37,762 bases of DNA from Myxococcales bacterium (GCA_021779335.1 JAJYAW010000001.1:1-37762); one strand, 5' to 3'. Numbered from the stretch's first letter, positions 24,034 to 33,799 are shown. The notes: generated by a model not told the origin, from the letters alone. Program-made: numbers and translations.

Positions 24034-25329
24034 CTAGTCCGCGCAGCCTGCGCCCATCTTGGAGCGCAGCACGTCGGACTTGAGGAGGAAGGCGCCGTCC
24101 GAGACCACGGTCTCGCCGCCGGCGAGCCCCGAGGTCACCTCGATCCAGTCGAGGCTGGCGCGCCCGGTCCGGACGGGTCGCCTCATGTAGTACTCGCCCT
24201 GGCGGTGGACGAACACGAAGGAGCGCCCCTCGTCGGTCAGGACGGCGGCGCGCGGCAGCGCCAGCGCCTCCTCCTCGCCCGGCAGGTAGAGCTGCACCGC
24301 GGCGAACATCCCCGAGCGGAGCTTCCCGGCCGGGTTCTTCACCGCGATGCGCACCTTCACCGTGCGGGTCTTCTCGTCCATGGTCGGTCCGACGAGGTCG
24401 ACGGTCCCCGGGAAGACCTCCCCAGGGAACGCCTTCACGGTCACGCCGGCGCGCAGGCCCCCCTGCTCGCTCGCCACCACCCGGGCGAGCTGGTCCTCGT
24501 AGAGATCCGCCCAGAGCCAGAGCTCCGAGAGGTCGCCCACCGTCAGGATCGACCGGTCGGGCCGGACCAGCTCGCCCGGGACCGCGTGCATCTCGAGGAC
24601 GACGCCGGCCGACGGCGCGCGCAGCACGAGCGCCCCGCGCCCGGCGGTGCCGCCGCGCCCGGGGATCGCGTCCACCTCGGCCGTCGAGAGACCGAGCCGG
24701 ATGAGCTTCTCCCGGGCCGCCCGGGTCCGGATCTCCGCCGCCTCGTCATCCGACCTGGCCTGGAGCCACTCCTTCTCCGACGCGATCTTCTCCTGCCGCA
24801 AGGCCTCGGCCCGCTCGGCGGTGCGCCGCGCCAGCTCCAGGGCCCCGCGCGCCTCCAGGTACTGGCTCTGCGCCTCGCCGAGCGCCACGCTCTCCAGCTC
24901 CACCAGCGCCGCGCCGGCCCGCACGCGCTGGCCCAGGCTCACCCGGACGGCCCGGACCATGGCCTCGGTGCTCGGCGCGAGGTGCGTCACCCGCCGCTCG
25001 TCGAACCGGATCTCCCCGGTGAGCGGGAGCGGCGCCTCCAGCTTGCGGCGCGCCGCCACGGCGGTCTTCACCAGGCCGTCGTCGAGCATGGCCCTGGGGA
25101 CGCGGGCCACGCCGACCTGGTAGCGGCACTCGTCGCACTCGAAGGTCTTCTTGCCGTGCTCGCAGGACTGGCCGAGCAAGACCTCCGCGGGCTGGTCGAG
25201 GTCGGAGACCTTCGCCTCGGCGGCCGCTGGCGGGGCCGCGGGAGCGGGAGCGGGAGCGGGGGCCGTGGCCCCCTGGCAGCCGAGGGCGAAGGTGAGGAGG
25301 GCGAGCAGCGTCGGGATGGTGCGGTTCAT
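24034..25329 (-). CDS. czcB: Efflux RND periplasmic adaptor (CzcB/CusB-like) lipoprotein
   Basis: 431 aa with lipobox FALGC. HlyD/MFP coiled-coil and beta-barrel regions. The N-terminal segment has a Cys/His cluster CEHGKKTFECDECRY. Confidence 0.9.
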   Translation of the reverse strand: MNRTIPTLLALLTFALGCQGATAPAPAPAPAAPPAAAEAKVSDLDQPAEVLLGQSCEHGKKTFECDECRYQVGVARVPRAMLDDGLVKTAVAARRKLEAPLPLTGEIRFDERRVTHLAPSTEAMVRAVRVSLGQRVRAGAALVELESVALGEAQSQYLEARGALELARRTAERAEALRQEKIASEKEWLQARSDDEAAEIRTRAAREKLIRLGLSTAEVDAIPGRGGTAGRGALVLRAPSAGVVLEMHAVPGELVRPDRSILTVGDLSELWLWADLYEDQLARVVASEQGGLRAGVTVKAFPGEVFPGTVDLVGPTMDEKTRTVKVRIAVKNPAGKLRSGMFAAVQLYLPGEEEALALPRAAVLTDEGRSFVFVHRQGEYYMRRPVRTGRASLDWIEVTSGLAGGETVVSDGAFLLKSDVLRSKMGAGCAD

Positions 25330-26564
25330 GGCAGCTCCAGTCCGGCCAGCGCGGCGAGATCACCGCAGGCGTTCTGCATGTCGAGGAGGAGGTCGAGGTA
25401 CTCGCGGCGGGTGTCGACGAGGACGCGGCGGGCGTCGATGACGTCGAGGAGGCCGGTCTCCCCGAGCTCGAAGGCGCGACCGAGGGTGCGCACCGAGCCC
25501 TCTGCGCGCGGCAGGATCTCCTCCCGGAAGCGGCGCGTCGACGCCTGGCCGGCGGCGCAGCCGCTCCAGGCGTCCGAGAGGCCAGCCGTCAGCTCGCGGG
25601 AGGTGGCGTCGAGCCGGGCCCGCTCGCCCGCCTCGGCGGCCTCGGCCTGCCGGATCCTCCCCTGGTTCCAGTTCCAGAGCGGGAGGGTGACGGTGGCCGT
25701 GACGGTGCTGGCCGTCCGGTCGAGCTCCTCGACGCGCGCCGCCCCGAGGGAGAGCCTGGGCAGGCGCTCCCACCGCTCGGCGCTGACCTCCTCGGCGGCC
25801 GCCTGGAGGCGGGCCCTGGCGGCCTGGACGACCGGGCTCGACGCCAGCACGCGCTCCTCGAGCTCCGCGAGCGGGGGGAGCGGGAGCGGCGCCGCCAGAT
25901 CGGCCTCGACGCGTCCGACCGGCGCAGCCAGCCAGGTCGAGAGGCGCCGCCGCCGGGCGTCGGCGGCCGCGCGCGCACCCTCCACCGAGCTTCGCAGCCG
26001 CTCCAGCTCGATCTCGACCCGGGGCACCTCGGTGGGCCGCCCCTCCCCGCGCTCGGCCCGCCGCCGGACGAGCGCGGCGAGCTGGGCGGCCTGGCCGGCG
26101 AGCTCCTCTCCCGCCTCCACCACGGCCTGATCGTGGACCGCCGCCACGAAGGTCCGGCGCAGCTCCCGGACGACCTGGGCGCGCACCGCCCTGGCGTCCT
26201 GGTGGGCGCCCTCCTGCGCGGCCCGCGCGGCCGCCACGCGGGAGCCGCGGGTCGCCAGGAACTCGAGCGGCAGCTCGATCGAGGAGCCCCGCTCCCCGCG
26301 GGCGGCGCCCCCGTCGCGCGGTCGCCCCACGCCGGCTGCGACGCCGAAGACCGGGTTCGGGATCGCCCCGGCCGTGGAGACGGCGCCCGCGGCGCCCCGC
26401 TCGCGAGCGGCGGCCTCCAGCAGGAGGGGGTGGCGGTCCACAGCAGCGGCCACGTCTGGCCAGCGGAGGACCGGGACTGGGTCGGAATCGGCGGCCGCAC
26501 CGGCGGCCGGCAGGGCCAGGGCGAAGACGAGCAGGCAACGCCTGCTCCTGCGAGAGGTGTTCAC
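25326..26564 (-). CDS. czcC: TolC-family outer-membrane efflux protein (CzcC-like)
   Basis: 412 aa from the GTG at 26564 (GAGG 5 nt upstream); the rest of the 782-aa track ORF is not protein-like. Signal peptide RRCLLVFALALPAAGAAA. Coiled-coil-rich TolC repeats. Its stop overlaps the adaptor start by 4 nt. Confidence 0.85.
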   Translation of the reverse strand: MNTSRRSRRCLLVFALALPAAGAAADSDPVPVLRWPDVAAAVDRHPLLLEAAARERGAAGAVSTAGAIPNPVFGVAAGVGRPRDGGAARGERGSSIELPLEFLATRGSRVAAARAAQEGAHQDARAVRAQVVRELRRTFVAAVHDQAVVEAGEELAGQAAQLAALVRRRAERGEGRPTEVPRVEIELERLRSSVEGARAAADARRRRLSTWLAAPVGRVEADLAAPLPLPPLAELEERVLASSPVVQAARARLQAAAEEVSAERWERLPRLSLGAARVEELDRTASTVTATVTLPLWNWNQGRIRQAEAAEAGERARLDATSRELTAGLSDAWSGCAAGQASTRRFREEILPRAEGSVRTLGRAFELGETGLLDVIDARRVLVDTRREYLDLLLDMQNACGDLAALAGLELP

Positions 26565-26682
26565 GTGAACCTCGTGGCGAGCGTGCGGCGCGACGCCAGC
26601 GCGGCCTGAAGGCCGTGCTGGGTGCGCGGGGCGCAGGATGAGCGGGAGCCGCGCCCGTTCGACGCGGCGGCGACGTGCTCTG

Positions 26683-27009
26683 CTACGAGTGGATGGGCGG
26701 CCGGTGCGGCGGCGTCGGCTCGTGGAGCGACGCGAGCGCGTCCGGCGCGGCGGGGAGGCCTGCCGCGACCACCGAGCTGGCGGGCGCCGCTCCGGCGCGT
26801 CCCAGCGCCACGGCCTGCGAGGCGCAGCAGTTGCAGTGGTGCTGGGTGGCGCCGCAGCCGTGCTCGTCCCCCTGGTCGCCCAGGTCGCCGTGGTCGGCGT
26901 CCGAGTGGGCCAGGTGGCCCGACGTCGCGAGGTGGACCGCGGTCTCGACGACCTCGCCGAGCCCCGGGGCCGCCCCGACCGCCAACCACATGACCAGCAG
27001 GAGCCGCAT
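26683..27009 (-). CDS. Small secreted His/Cys-rich protein heading the czc operon
   Basis: 108 aa from the ATG at 27009 inside track ORF 26683..27138. Signal-like MRLLLVMWLAVGAAPGLG, then HLATSGHLAHSDADHGDLGDQGDEHGCGATQHHCNCC. Third positions are almost all G/C. No clear SD. Confidence 0.55.
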   Translation of the reverse strand: MRLLLVMWLAVGAAPGLGEVVETAVHLATSGHLAHSDADHGDLGDQGDEHGCGATQHHCNCCASQAVALGRAGAAPASSVVAAGLPAAPDALASLHEPTPPHRPPIHS

Positions 27010-27165
27010 CGAGCGCGCACGATACCGATTCGGCCCGGGGCGCGCAAAGGAGGACGCCGGCCTGGCGCGCCCCGGTCGCGGCGCGGGCCAGGGGCCGGTG
27101 GTCCCTCGACGACGGCGACCTGATGATGGCTCCCGCATGGCTCCCTCTCCAGGACGAGGTGCTCC

Positions 27166-28602
27166 TCAGCGTTCTGCGGCCTCTCCCCACCCGCCGCCCA
27201 GCGCCTTGACCAGGGCCACGGCCGCTGCCGCCCGCTGGCCTCGCGATCGGACCACGGCGCGGTCGCGCTCCAGCGCCACCGCCTCCGCCACCACCACCGG
27301 CAGGTAGCTGACGAGCCCGTGCTCGTACCGGCTGCGCGCCATGCTCGCCTGGGCGCGAGCGGCGGCCGCGGCCGCCTGGAGCCGCAGGTGCTCCTCGGCG
27401 AGCCAGGTCTGGGCGGCCAGGCCGTCCTCCACCTCGGCGAGCGCCGAAAGCACGACCTCCCGGTAGCGCGCCACCGCCTCGTCCCAGCCGGCCCGTGCGC
27501 CGCGCTCGTTGGCGTGCAGCAGGCCGCCCTGGAAGAGCGGCAGCGTGAGCGAGCCGCCCAGCGCCCAGAAGAGGCTCGGCGCGGTGAAGAGGCTGGCCAC
27601 CTCGACGCCCTGGGTCCCTCCGCCGGCCCCGAGGCGGAGCGAGGGGTAGAAGGCCGCCTCGGCCAGCCCGACACCGGCGTTGGCGGCCGCCATGCGCCGC
27701 TCGGCCGCGCCCACGTCGGGGCGCCGCTCCAGGAGCTGCGAGGGGAGCCCCGGCGGCAGCGGCGGCGGCTCCGGCGGCGGCGGCCCCTCGGCCAGGCGGA
27801 AGACCGGGGCCGGCTGGCCGGTCAGGACGGCCAGGGCGTGCTCGAAGCGGGCGCGCGCCAGGGCGTTGGGCGGGAGGAGGGCCTCGGCGGACCGGAGCGA
27901 CGTGTCGGCCTGCGCCACGTCGAGGTCGGAGACGATCCCCGCGTCCCGCCTGGCCTTGACCACCTCGAGCGCCCCCCGGTACCCGTCCACGGTCGCGGTG
28001 AGGAGGCGCCGCTCGTCGTCCAGCGCCCGCAGCGCGAAGTAGTCGGCCGCCACCTCGGCCGCGAGCGCCAGCCGGACCGACTCCAGGTCGGCGGCCTCTG
28101 CCTCCTCCCGTGCCTGGGCCGACTCCACCTGGCGCCGCACCCGGCCCCAGAGGTCCAGCTCCCAGCCCAGGTCGAACGGGACGGTGAAGGCGTCGTAGGT
28201 GAAGCTCCTGCCCGCGGCCACGCCCGTCGTCGAGAGGGGGCGCTCCGCCGAGTCGTGCTGGCGCGTGGTCGACGCCGCGACGCCGATGCGCGGGAACAGC
28301 CCCGAGCGGGCCACGTCACCCGCCGCGCGCGCCTGGCTGAACCGGGCGGCGGCGGCCTTGAGCCGCTGGCTCCCGTCGACGGCCAGCCGCTCGAGCCGGT
28401 CGAGCTCGGGGTCCCCGAAGACCAGCCACCACTCGCCGCGGGGCTGTCGATCCCCGGGCGCCGCCACCTTCCAGGCGCCGCCCCCCGCGAACGCTTCGGG
28501 CATCCGGTCGACGGCGTCCGGCCGCACGTACTCCGGACCCACCGTGCAGGCGGCCAGGAGCGCGCCCGCCAGCAGGGAGGTGGCCAGCGCCGGGGAGCTC
28601 AT
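27166..28602 (-). CDS. RND efflux outer-membrane factor lipoprotein (NodT family)
   Basis: 478 aa from the ATG at 28602 (ATGA overlap with the adaptor stop). Lipobox LLAAC followed by TVGPEYVRP, the hallmark NodT N-terminus. C-terminus ...KALGGGW is also typical. Confidence 0.9.
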   Translation of the reverse strand: MSSPALATSLLAGALLAACTVGPEYVRPDAVDRMPEAFAGGGAWKVAAPGDRQPRGEWWLVFGDPELDRLERLAVDGSQRLKAAAARFSQARAAGDVARSGLFPRIGVAASTTRQHDSAERPLSTTGVAAGRSFTYDAFTVPFDLGWELDLWGRVRRQVESAQAREEAEAADLESVRLALAAEVAADYFALRALDDERRLLTATVDGYRGALEVVKARRDAGIVSDLDVAQADTSLRSAEALLPPNALARARFEHALAVLTGQPAPVFRLAEGPPPPEPPPLPPGLPSQLLERRPDVGAAERRMAAANAGVGLAEAAFYPSLRLGAGGGTQGVEVASLFTAPSLFWALGGSLTLPLFQGGLLHANERGARAGWDEAVARYREVVLSALAEVEDGLAAQTWLAEEHLRLQAAAAAARAQASMARSRYEHGLVSYLPVVVAEAVALERDRAVVRSRGQRAAAAVALVKALGGGWGEAAER

Positions 28603-29783
28603 CGCCCGCCCTCCGCGGCCGGCTCCGCGGCGATCCGCACCACCGCGCCGGCAGCCAGGGCGTCCGAGGGGTTGAGGATCACTGCGTCCCCCGCGGAGAC
28701 TCCCGAGAGGAGCTCGACGGTTCGCCCGAAGTCGCGCCCGAGCCGGACGGACCGAAGCTCGACGCGGCCGTCCTTCCCGACCACCCCGACGCGTGGCCCC
28801 TCCTCGCGGAAGAGCAGCGTGTTGGCGGGAAGGGTGAGCGGCGCAGGTCGCCGCCCGCCGAGGAGCCTCGCCTCGGCGTAGCCACCGGGGAGGATGTCGC
28901 CGAGAGCATTGGCGAGCTCGAGCTCCACCAGCAGCGTCCGAGACTCCGGGGAGAGGGCCCCGGCGCTGCGCGCCACCACCGCCGGGAGGGCCTTCCCGCC
29001 CAGCTCGGGCAGCAGCACCTCGGCCGGCTGGCCTGCGGCGACGCCCGCCGCCCAAGCCTGGGGCACCCGAAGGGAGACGCGCAGCGTGCCGGCCTGGACG
29101 ACCCGGAAGAGCTCCCGCCCGCCCCCGCCGGTCACCAGATCCCCCACGTCGACGCGCCGGGACGTGACGATCCCCGCGAAGGGCGAACGGATGAGGGTGA
29201 ACGCCCTGAGCTGCTCGAGCCTCCTCACGTTGGCCAGGGCGGCGTCGCGCGCCGCCGTCTTGACCGCCAGGTCCCCTCCGCGCTCCGCCACCTCCTGATC
29301 GCTGACGCTCGGGGTGCCGGCCAGCCCCTGGTAGCGGCCCGCCGTGTTGGCCGCGAGCGCCAGGGCGGCCTCGGCCTGGGCGGCCTCCTGGCGACCCCGG
29401 GCGAGCTCCTGGTCCAGCTCCGGACTCTCGAGCTCGGCGAGCAGGCTCCCTGCGGCGACGTGCCCCCCGATGTCCGTGGTCCACCGCCTCACGTAGCCGC
29501 TCGCCCTCGCCACGATGGAGGCCTCGAGGAGCGGCTTGATCTCCGCCGGGAAGGCGGGTGGCGTGGCCGGCTTGCCGGGCTTGGGCGAGACCACCCGGAC
29601 GACTGCGACCGCGAGCTCGCGGCGCTCGGCCGTCAGCGCGACCCGCGCGCGCCACCGCGGGAAGGCGCCGGCCAGGGCGCCGGCGACCACGGCCACGGCC
29701 ACGGCCACGACGAGGACGGCACGGCGACCGCCGGGCGTGGCGGGTGGCGTCGGAGCTGGCTCGACGGAAGGGGGGCGGAGCAT
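28599..29783 (-). CDS. Efflux RND periplasmic adaptor subunit (MFP)
   Basis: 394 aa. N-terminal TM anchor and HlyD-type lipoyl/hairpin/beta-barrel pattern (IVARASGYVRRWTTDIGGHVAAGSLLAELESPEL). Confidence 0.88.
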   Translation of the reverse strand: MLRPPSVEPAPTPPATPGGRRAVLVVAVAVAVVAGALAGAFPRWRARVALTAERRELAVAVVRVVSPKPGKPATPPAFPAEIKPLLEASIVARASGYVRRWTTDIGGHVAAGSLLAELESPELDQELARGRQEAAQAEAALALAANTAGRYQGLAGTPSVSDQEVAERGGDLAVKTAARDAALANVRRLEQLRAFTLIRSPFAGIVTSRRVDVGDLVTGGGGRELFRVVQAGTLRVSLRVPQAWAAGVAAGQPAEVLLPELGGKALPAVVARSAGALSPESRTLLVELELANALGDILPGGYAEARLLGGRRPAPLTLPANTLLFREEGPRVGVVGKDGRVELRSVRLGRDFGRTVELLSGVSAGDAVILNPSDALAAGAVVRIAAEPAAEGGR

Positions 29784-29791
29784 GGCGGGCC

Positions 29792-32700
29792 TCAGGCTTC
29801 GGCAGGGGGATTGCTGACGGTGCGGGGGGTGGCGGCGCTGCGGTGGAGCGCCGCGAAGACGGCCGGGACGAGGTAGAGCGTCGCCACGGTGGCGACGGCG
29901 AGCCCCCCGATGACGGCGCGCCCGAGCGGAGCGTTCTGCTCACCCCCATCACCGGTCCCCAGCGCGATGGGCACCATCCCGACGATCATCGCCAGGGCCG
30001 TCATGAGGACCGGGCGCAGGCGGCCCGTGCCGGCCTCCCACGCCGAGGCGACCGGATCCAGCCCTCGCCGGAGGTTGGCGCGTGCGAAGGTCACCACCAG
30101 GACCGAGTTGGCGGTGGCCACCCCCAGGCTCATGATGGCGCCCAGCAGCGCGGGCACGCTGAGCGGGGTGAGGGTGAGATAGAGACCCCAGGCCACCTCG
30201 GCCAGCGCGGCCGGGAGCGCCGAGACGATGATCAGCGGATCGGTCCAGCTCTGGAAGTTGATGACGAGCAGGAGGTAGGCCAGGACCACTGCGGCGGCCA
30301 ACCCGAACCCCAGGCCAGAGAAGCTGGAGCGCATGGTCTCGGCCTGGCCGCGCACGGTCAGGTACGATCCCGGAGGAAGCGCCTGCCTGGCTTGCGCGAG
30401 GAGCGGCGCCATGTCGTCGAGCACGCCGCCCAGGTCGCGGCCTGCCACGCCGCCGTAGACGTCGATGACGGGCTGGATGTCCCGGTGGGAGAAGACTGGC
30501 GGGACGGAGGTCCTCCCGATGGTGGCGACGCCGCCGAGCAGCGGGACGTCGGCCTCCCCGGCCCGGCTCACCCCAACGGGGAACGCCTGGAGCGCCTCGA
30601 TCGAGTCCACCTCGACCTGGGGCACGTGCGTGTTGACGAGGTACTGGACCCCGTTGCGCGGATTGAGCCAGTAGGCCGGCTGGGCCTGGCTGCTCCCGCT
30701 GAGGCCGAGGAGGAGCGAGCTGGCGACGTCCCGCGCGGTCAGCCCCATGCCGGACGCCTTGAGCCGGTCCACCGCGACCCGGAGCCTCGGGAGGTCGGCC
30801 GGCTGCTGGACGCGCACGTCCACCGCCCCATCCACCTCGCGGAGCCGCTCGACGAGCCGCTGGGCCACCGCCCGGCTCCTCGCCTGGTCCCGCCCCACGA
30901 TCTGGACATCGAACGGCGCGGGCAGCCCGAAGTTGAGCGTCTGGCTCACGATGTCGGCCGGGAGGAAGTAGAAGGTGGTCCCCGGGAAGGCCCCGAGGAG
31001 CCGGGAGCGGAGCCGCCGTGCGTACCCCTCGGTGGATCGGTGGCCCGGCCGGAGGGAGACCAGCACGTCCGCGTCGCCGGTGCCGACGAGCCCGTTGTCG
31101 ATGTAGGTGAGCGGTATTCCCCCCGATGGGATCCCGATGTTGTCGAGGATGCCGGCCACCTCGCCGGGGGGCAGCTCCTCCCGGATCACCCGCTCGACCT
31201 CATCGGTGAGGCGCGCTGTCTCCTCGATCCGCGTGCCGGTGGGGGCGCGCAGGTGGAGCCGGAGCTGTCCGGTGTCGACCGACGGGAAGAAGTCCCGGCC
31301 GAGCCAGGGCACCAGCAGGGCCGTTGCCGCGAGGAAGGCGAGGGCGCTCCCCAGGGCCAGCCGGCGGTGGCGCAGCACCGCGGAGAGCGAGCGAGCGTGG
31401 CCGTCGCGCAGCCGGGCGAAGCCGCGCTCGAAGGCGGCCTGGGCGGCCACCAGGGGCCGCAGCCACGGCCGCAGCGGCGCGGCGGCCCCGGCGGGCTGGC
31501 CGTGGCCGGCACCCCGGTAGAACCACGCCACCAGCGTCGGGACGAGCGTCCGCGAGAGCGCGTAGCTGGCCAGCACCGCGAAGATCACCGCCTCCGCCAG
31601 CGGGACGAAGAGGTACCGCGCGGTTCCGGTCAGGAAGAACATCGGCACGAACACGACGGCGATGCAGAGGGTGCCGACGAAGGTGGGCAGCGCGATCTCC
31701 TGGGCCCCGTCCAGGATGGCCTGGACGGTCCCCTTCCCCTGGTCGAGGTGGCGGTGGACGTTCTCGATGGTGACGGTGGCGTCGTCGACCAGGATGCCCA
31801 CCGCCAGGGCCAGCCCGCCCAGCGTCATGAGGTTGATGGTCTCGCCGAGCGCGTGGAGGGTGAGGATGGAGGCCAGCACCGAGAGGGGGATCGAGAGGGC
31901 GATGATGAAGGTGCTGCGCCAGGAGCCGAGGAAGAGGAGCACCATGGCCGCGGTGAGGAGGGCGGCGATCAGCCCCTCCACGACGACGCTGCGGATGGCG
32001 GCGCGGACGAAGACCGACTGGTCTGCGAACTCCCGCACCTCGAGCCCCGGCGGGAGCCCGGCCAGGATGCGGGGCATGGCGGCCTTGACCCCGCCGACCA
32101 CGTCGAGCGTGGAGGCGGCGCCGCTCTTCAGGATGGTGAGCAGCACGCCGCGGACCCCATCGAGCCTGACCACGTTCTGCTGCGGCTCGGCCCCGTCGTG
32201 GACGTGGGCCACGTCCCGCACCAGGATGGTCGCCCCGTCCACCGTGCGGACGGGGAGCTCGTTCATGGCGTCCAGGACCTCCGGGCTGCTGTTGAAGGCG
32301 ACGTCGTACTCGGTCGGGCCGATCTTGGCGGTGCCGCTGGGCAGGATGAAGCTCTGGGCGTTGACGGCGTTGACCACGTCGAGCGGCGTGAGGCGCCTGG
32401 ACTTCAGCGCCGCCAGGTCCAGGTCGACGGTCACGTTGCGGGCCTTCCCGCCGTACGGGTACGGGACGGAGGCGCCCTTGACGTTGGCCAGCCCGATGCG
32501 GACCTGGTTGAAGGCCAGGTCCTGCAGCTCCTGCTCGGAGAGCTTCCTGCTGGCGAGGCTGTACTGGAGGATGGGGACCGTCGAGGCGCTGTAGCGGATG
32601 ATGATGGGAGGCGCCTGGCCGGGCGGGAGGCGGCGCAGGATGGCCTGGCCGCTCGCGGTGACCTGGGCCACGCCCGCGTCCACCGAGCCGCCGGGCTGGA

Positions 32701-32986
32701 GGAAGACCTTGATGACCCCGGCGCCGCCGTAGGAGGTCGACTCGGTGTGCTCCACGCCGTCCACGGTCGAGCTGATCATCCGCTCGTGGTTGTAGACGAT
32801 GCGCTGCTCGATCTCCTGGGCGCTCAGGCCGTTGTAGAGCCAGATGACGCTGACCACCGGGATGTCGACGCTCGGGAAGATGTCCGTCGGCATGCGCAGC
32901 AGGACGACCGGGGCCGAGAGCAACAGGAGCAAGGCGCCCACCACGAAGGTGTAGGGCCTGCTCAGCGCGAGGCGGACGATCCACAT
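29792..32986 (-). CDS. Efflux RND permease (AcrB/HAE-type)
   Basis: 1064 aa from the ATG at 32986 (MWIVRLALSRPYTFVVGALLLLL...DIFPSVDIPVVSV); the track ORF runs on to 33406. 12-TM RND pattern. Confidence 0.9.
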   Translation of the reverse strand: MWIVRLALSRPYTFVVGALLLLLSAPVVLLRMPTDIFPSVDIPVVSVIWLYNGLSAQEIEQRIVYNHERMISSTVDGVEHTESTSYGGAGVIKVFLQPGGSVDAGVAQVTASGQAILRRLPPGQAPPIIIRYSASTVPILQYSLASRKLSEQELQDLAFNQVRIGLANVKGASVPYPYGGKARNVTVDLDLAALKSRRLTPLDVVNAVNAQSFILPSGTAKIGPTEYDVAFNSSPEVLDAMNELPVRTVDGATILVRDVAHVHDGAEPQQNVVRLDGVRGVLLTILKSGAASTLDVVGGVKAAMPRILAGLPPGLEVREFADQSVFVRAAIRSVVVEGLIAALLTAAMVLLFLGSWRSTFIIALSIPLSVLASILTLHALGETINLMTLGGLALAVGILVDDATVTIENVHRHLDQGKGTVQAILDGAQEIALPTFVGTLCIAVVFVPMFFLTGTARYLFVPLAEAVIFAVLASYALSRTLVPTLVAWFYRGAGHGQPAGAAAPLRPWLRPLVAAQAAFERGFARLRDGHARSLSAVLRHRRLALGSALAFLAATALLVPWLGRDFFPSVDTGQLRLHLRAPTGTRIEETARLTDEVERVIREELPPGEVAGILDNIGIPSGGIPLTYIDNGLVGTGDADVLVSLRPGHRSTEGYARRLRSRLLGAFPGTTFYFLPADIVSQTLNFGLPAPFDVQIVGRDQARSRAVAQRLVERLREVDGAVDVRVQQPADLPRLRVAVDRLKASGMGLTARDVASSLLLGLSGSSQAQPAYWLNPRNGVQYLVNTHVPQVEVDSIEALQAFPVGVSRAGEADVPLLGGVATIGRTSVPPVFSHRDIQPVIDVYGGVAGRDLGGVLDDMAPLLAQARQALPPGSYLTVRGQAETMRSSFSGLGFGLAAAVVLAYLLLVINFQSWTDPLIIVSALPAALAEVAWGLYLTLTPLSVPALLGAIMSLGVATANSVLVVTFARANLRRGLDPVASAWEAGTGRLRPVLMTALAMIVGMVPIALGTGDGGEQNAPLGRAVIGGLAVATVATLYLVPAVFAALHRSAATPRTVSNPPAEA

Positions 32987-33018
32987 GGTGAACCCAACCT
33001 GCGCCTCGGCGCCATGGA

Positions 33019-33051
33019 CTCCATTGACCCCAGGCAACCGGCGTCGATTCT
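33019..33051 (+). repeat. Copy F of the ~34-nt intergenic element (CTCC ATTGACCCCAGGCAACC GGCGTCG ATTCT)
   Basis: Read directly, with a spacer one nt shorter. It lies in the divergent region between the RND permease (start 32986) and the ferredoxin-like gene (start 33143). Confidence 0.6.
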
Positions 33052-33142
33052 CGCCGCCGAGCGTCCTCCGCTGGAGTCTACTGGTGCCCTGCCCAGGGCC
33101 GCGGCCTCCCGCCGCACCCCGGCCGGCAGCGAGGAGCACGCC

Positions 33143-33775
33143 ATGAGCGCCACCCAGCAGTCCTGGCACGGCATCCCCCGCGAGGAGATCCCTTGGTTCC
33201 CCACGGTCGACGCAGAGGCGTGCATCGGTTGCCAGCTCTGCTTCGTCACCTGCGGCCGCGGGGTCTACGAGATGGACGCCCGCGTGGCCAATGTCGCGAA
33301 GGGGCTCTCCTGCATGGTCGGCTGCAGCACCTGCGCCGCGGTCTGCCCCACCCAGGCCATCTCGTTCCCCGAGCGCGAGCTCGTGTGGCGGGTGGAGCGG
33401 GAGCACAAGATCTTCCGCGAGGTGAGGCGCGAGGCAGCGGACAAGCAGGCCAAGCTCGACTCGGCCAAGGCGCGCGCCGCCGCCGGGGCGCGGGTCGCCG
33501 CCCTGCCCACCCGGGCCCGGCTGGAGGTCGCCGGCGTGTTCGGCCAGAGGGCCTTCGTCGCCAGGCTGGAGCAGCTGCTGGAGGGGAGGCCCTTCGACGT
33601 GGTCAAGCTCAAGCTCGAGATCCCGACCGTCAAGGGCGCCGCCGAGAGGACACCCGGCTTCATGTCCTTCGAGGTGACGTCGACCGACCAGGCGGACGTG
33701 ACGCCCTTCCTCGAGGAGCTCCGGCAGCTCGTCCGCGACAGCGAGCTGGTGCTCGTCGACGAGGCCCGGCTGTAA
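33143..33775 (+). CDS. 4Fe-4S ferredoxin-domain protein with an uncharacterised ~110-aa C-terminal extension
   Basis: 210 aa from the ATG at 33143 (GAGGAG 6 nt upstream); it is the tail of track ORF 29558..33775. Cluster motifs CIGCQLCFVTCG and CMVGCSTCAAVCP are present. Confidence 0.8.
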   Translation: MSATQQSWHGIPREEIPWFPTVDAEACIGCQLCFVTCGRGVYEMDARVANVAKGLSCMVGCSTCAAVCPTQAISFPERELVWRVEREHKIFREVRREAADKQAKLDSAKARAAAGARVAALPTRARLEVAGVFGQRAFVARLEQLLEGRPFDVVKLKLEIPTVKGAAERTPGFMSFEVTSTDQADVTPFLEELRQLVRDSELVLVDEARL

Positions 33776-33799
33776 GCCCAGGCGCCTCGCGCTCCGCGG

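Noticed and set aside
20860-26130. 1756-aa plus-strand ORF. Similar giant or long ORFs include 29558..33142 (+), 177..2567 (+), 7886..9931 (-), 20852..23041 (-) and 25326..27674 upstream of 26564.
   Set aside because: Their translations are Arg/Gly/Pro/Ala/His-rich low-complexity strings with no domain-like motifs. They lie antisense to, or out of frame with, genes that have clear family signatures. These are typical shadow ORFs of very GC-rich DNA.
27061-27092. Imperfect hairpin CCTGGCGCGCC...GGCGCG(GG)CCAGG after the NodT gene, and a weaker one at 14911-14932 between the convergent cytochrome and rhodanese genes.
   Set aside because: The stems are bulged or short, there is no U-tract, and such GC hairpins are frequent in this composition. 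They are not listed as features.
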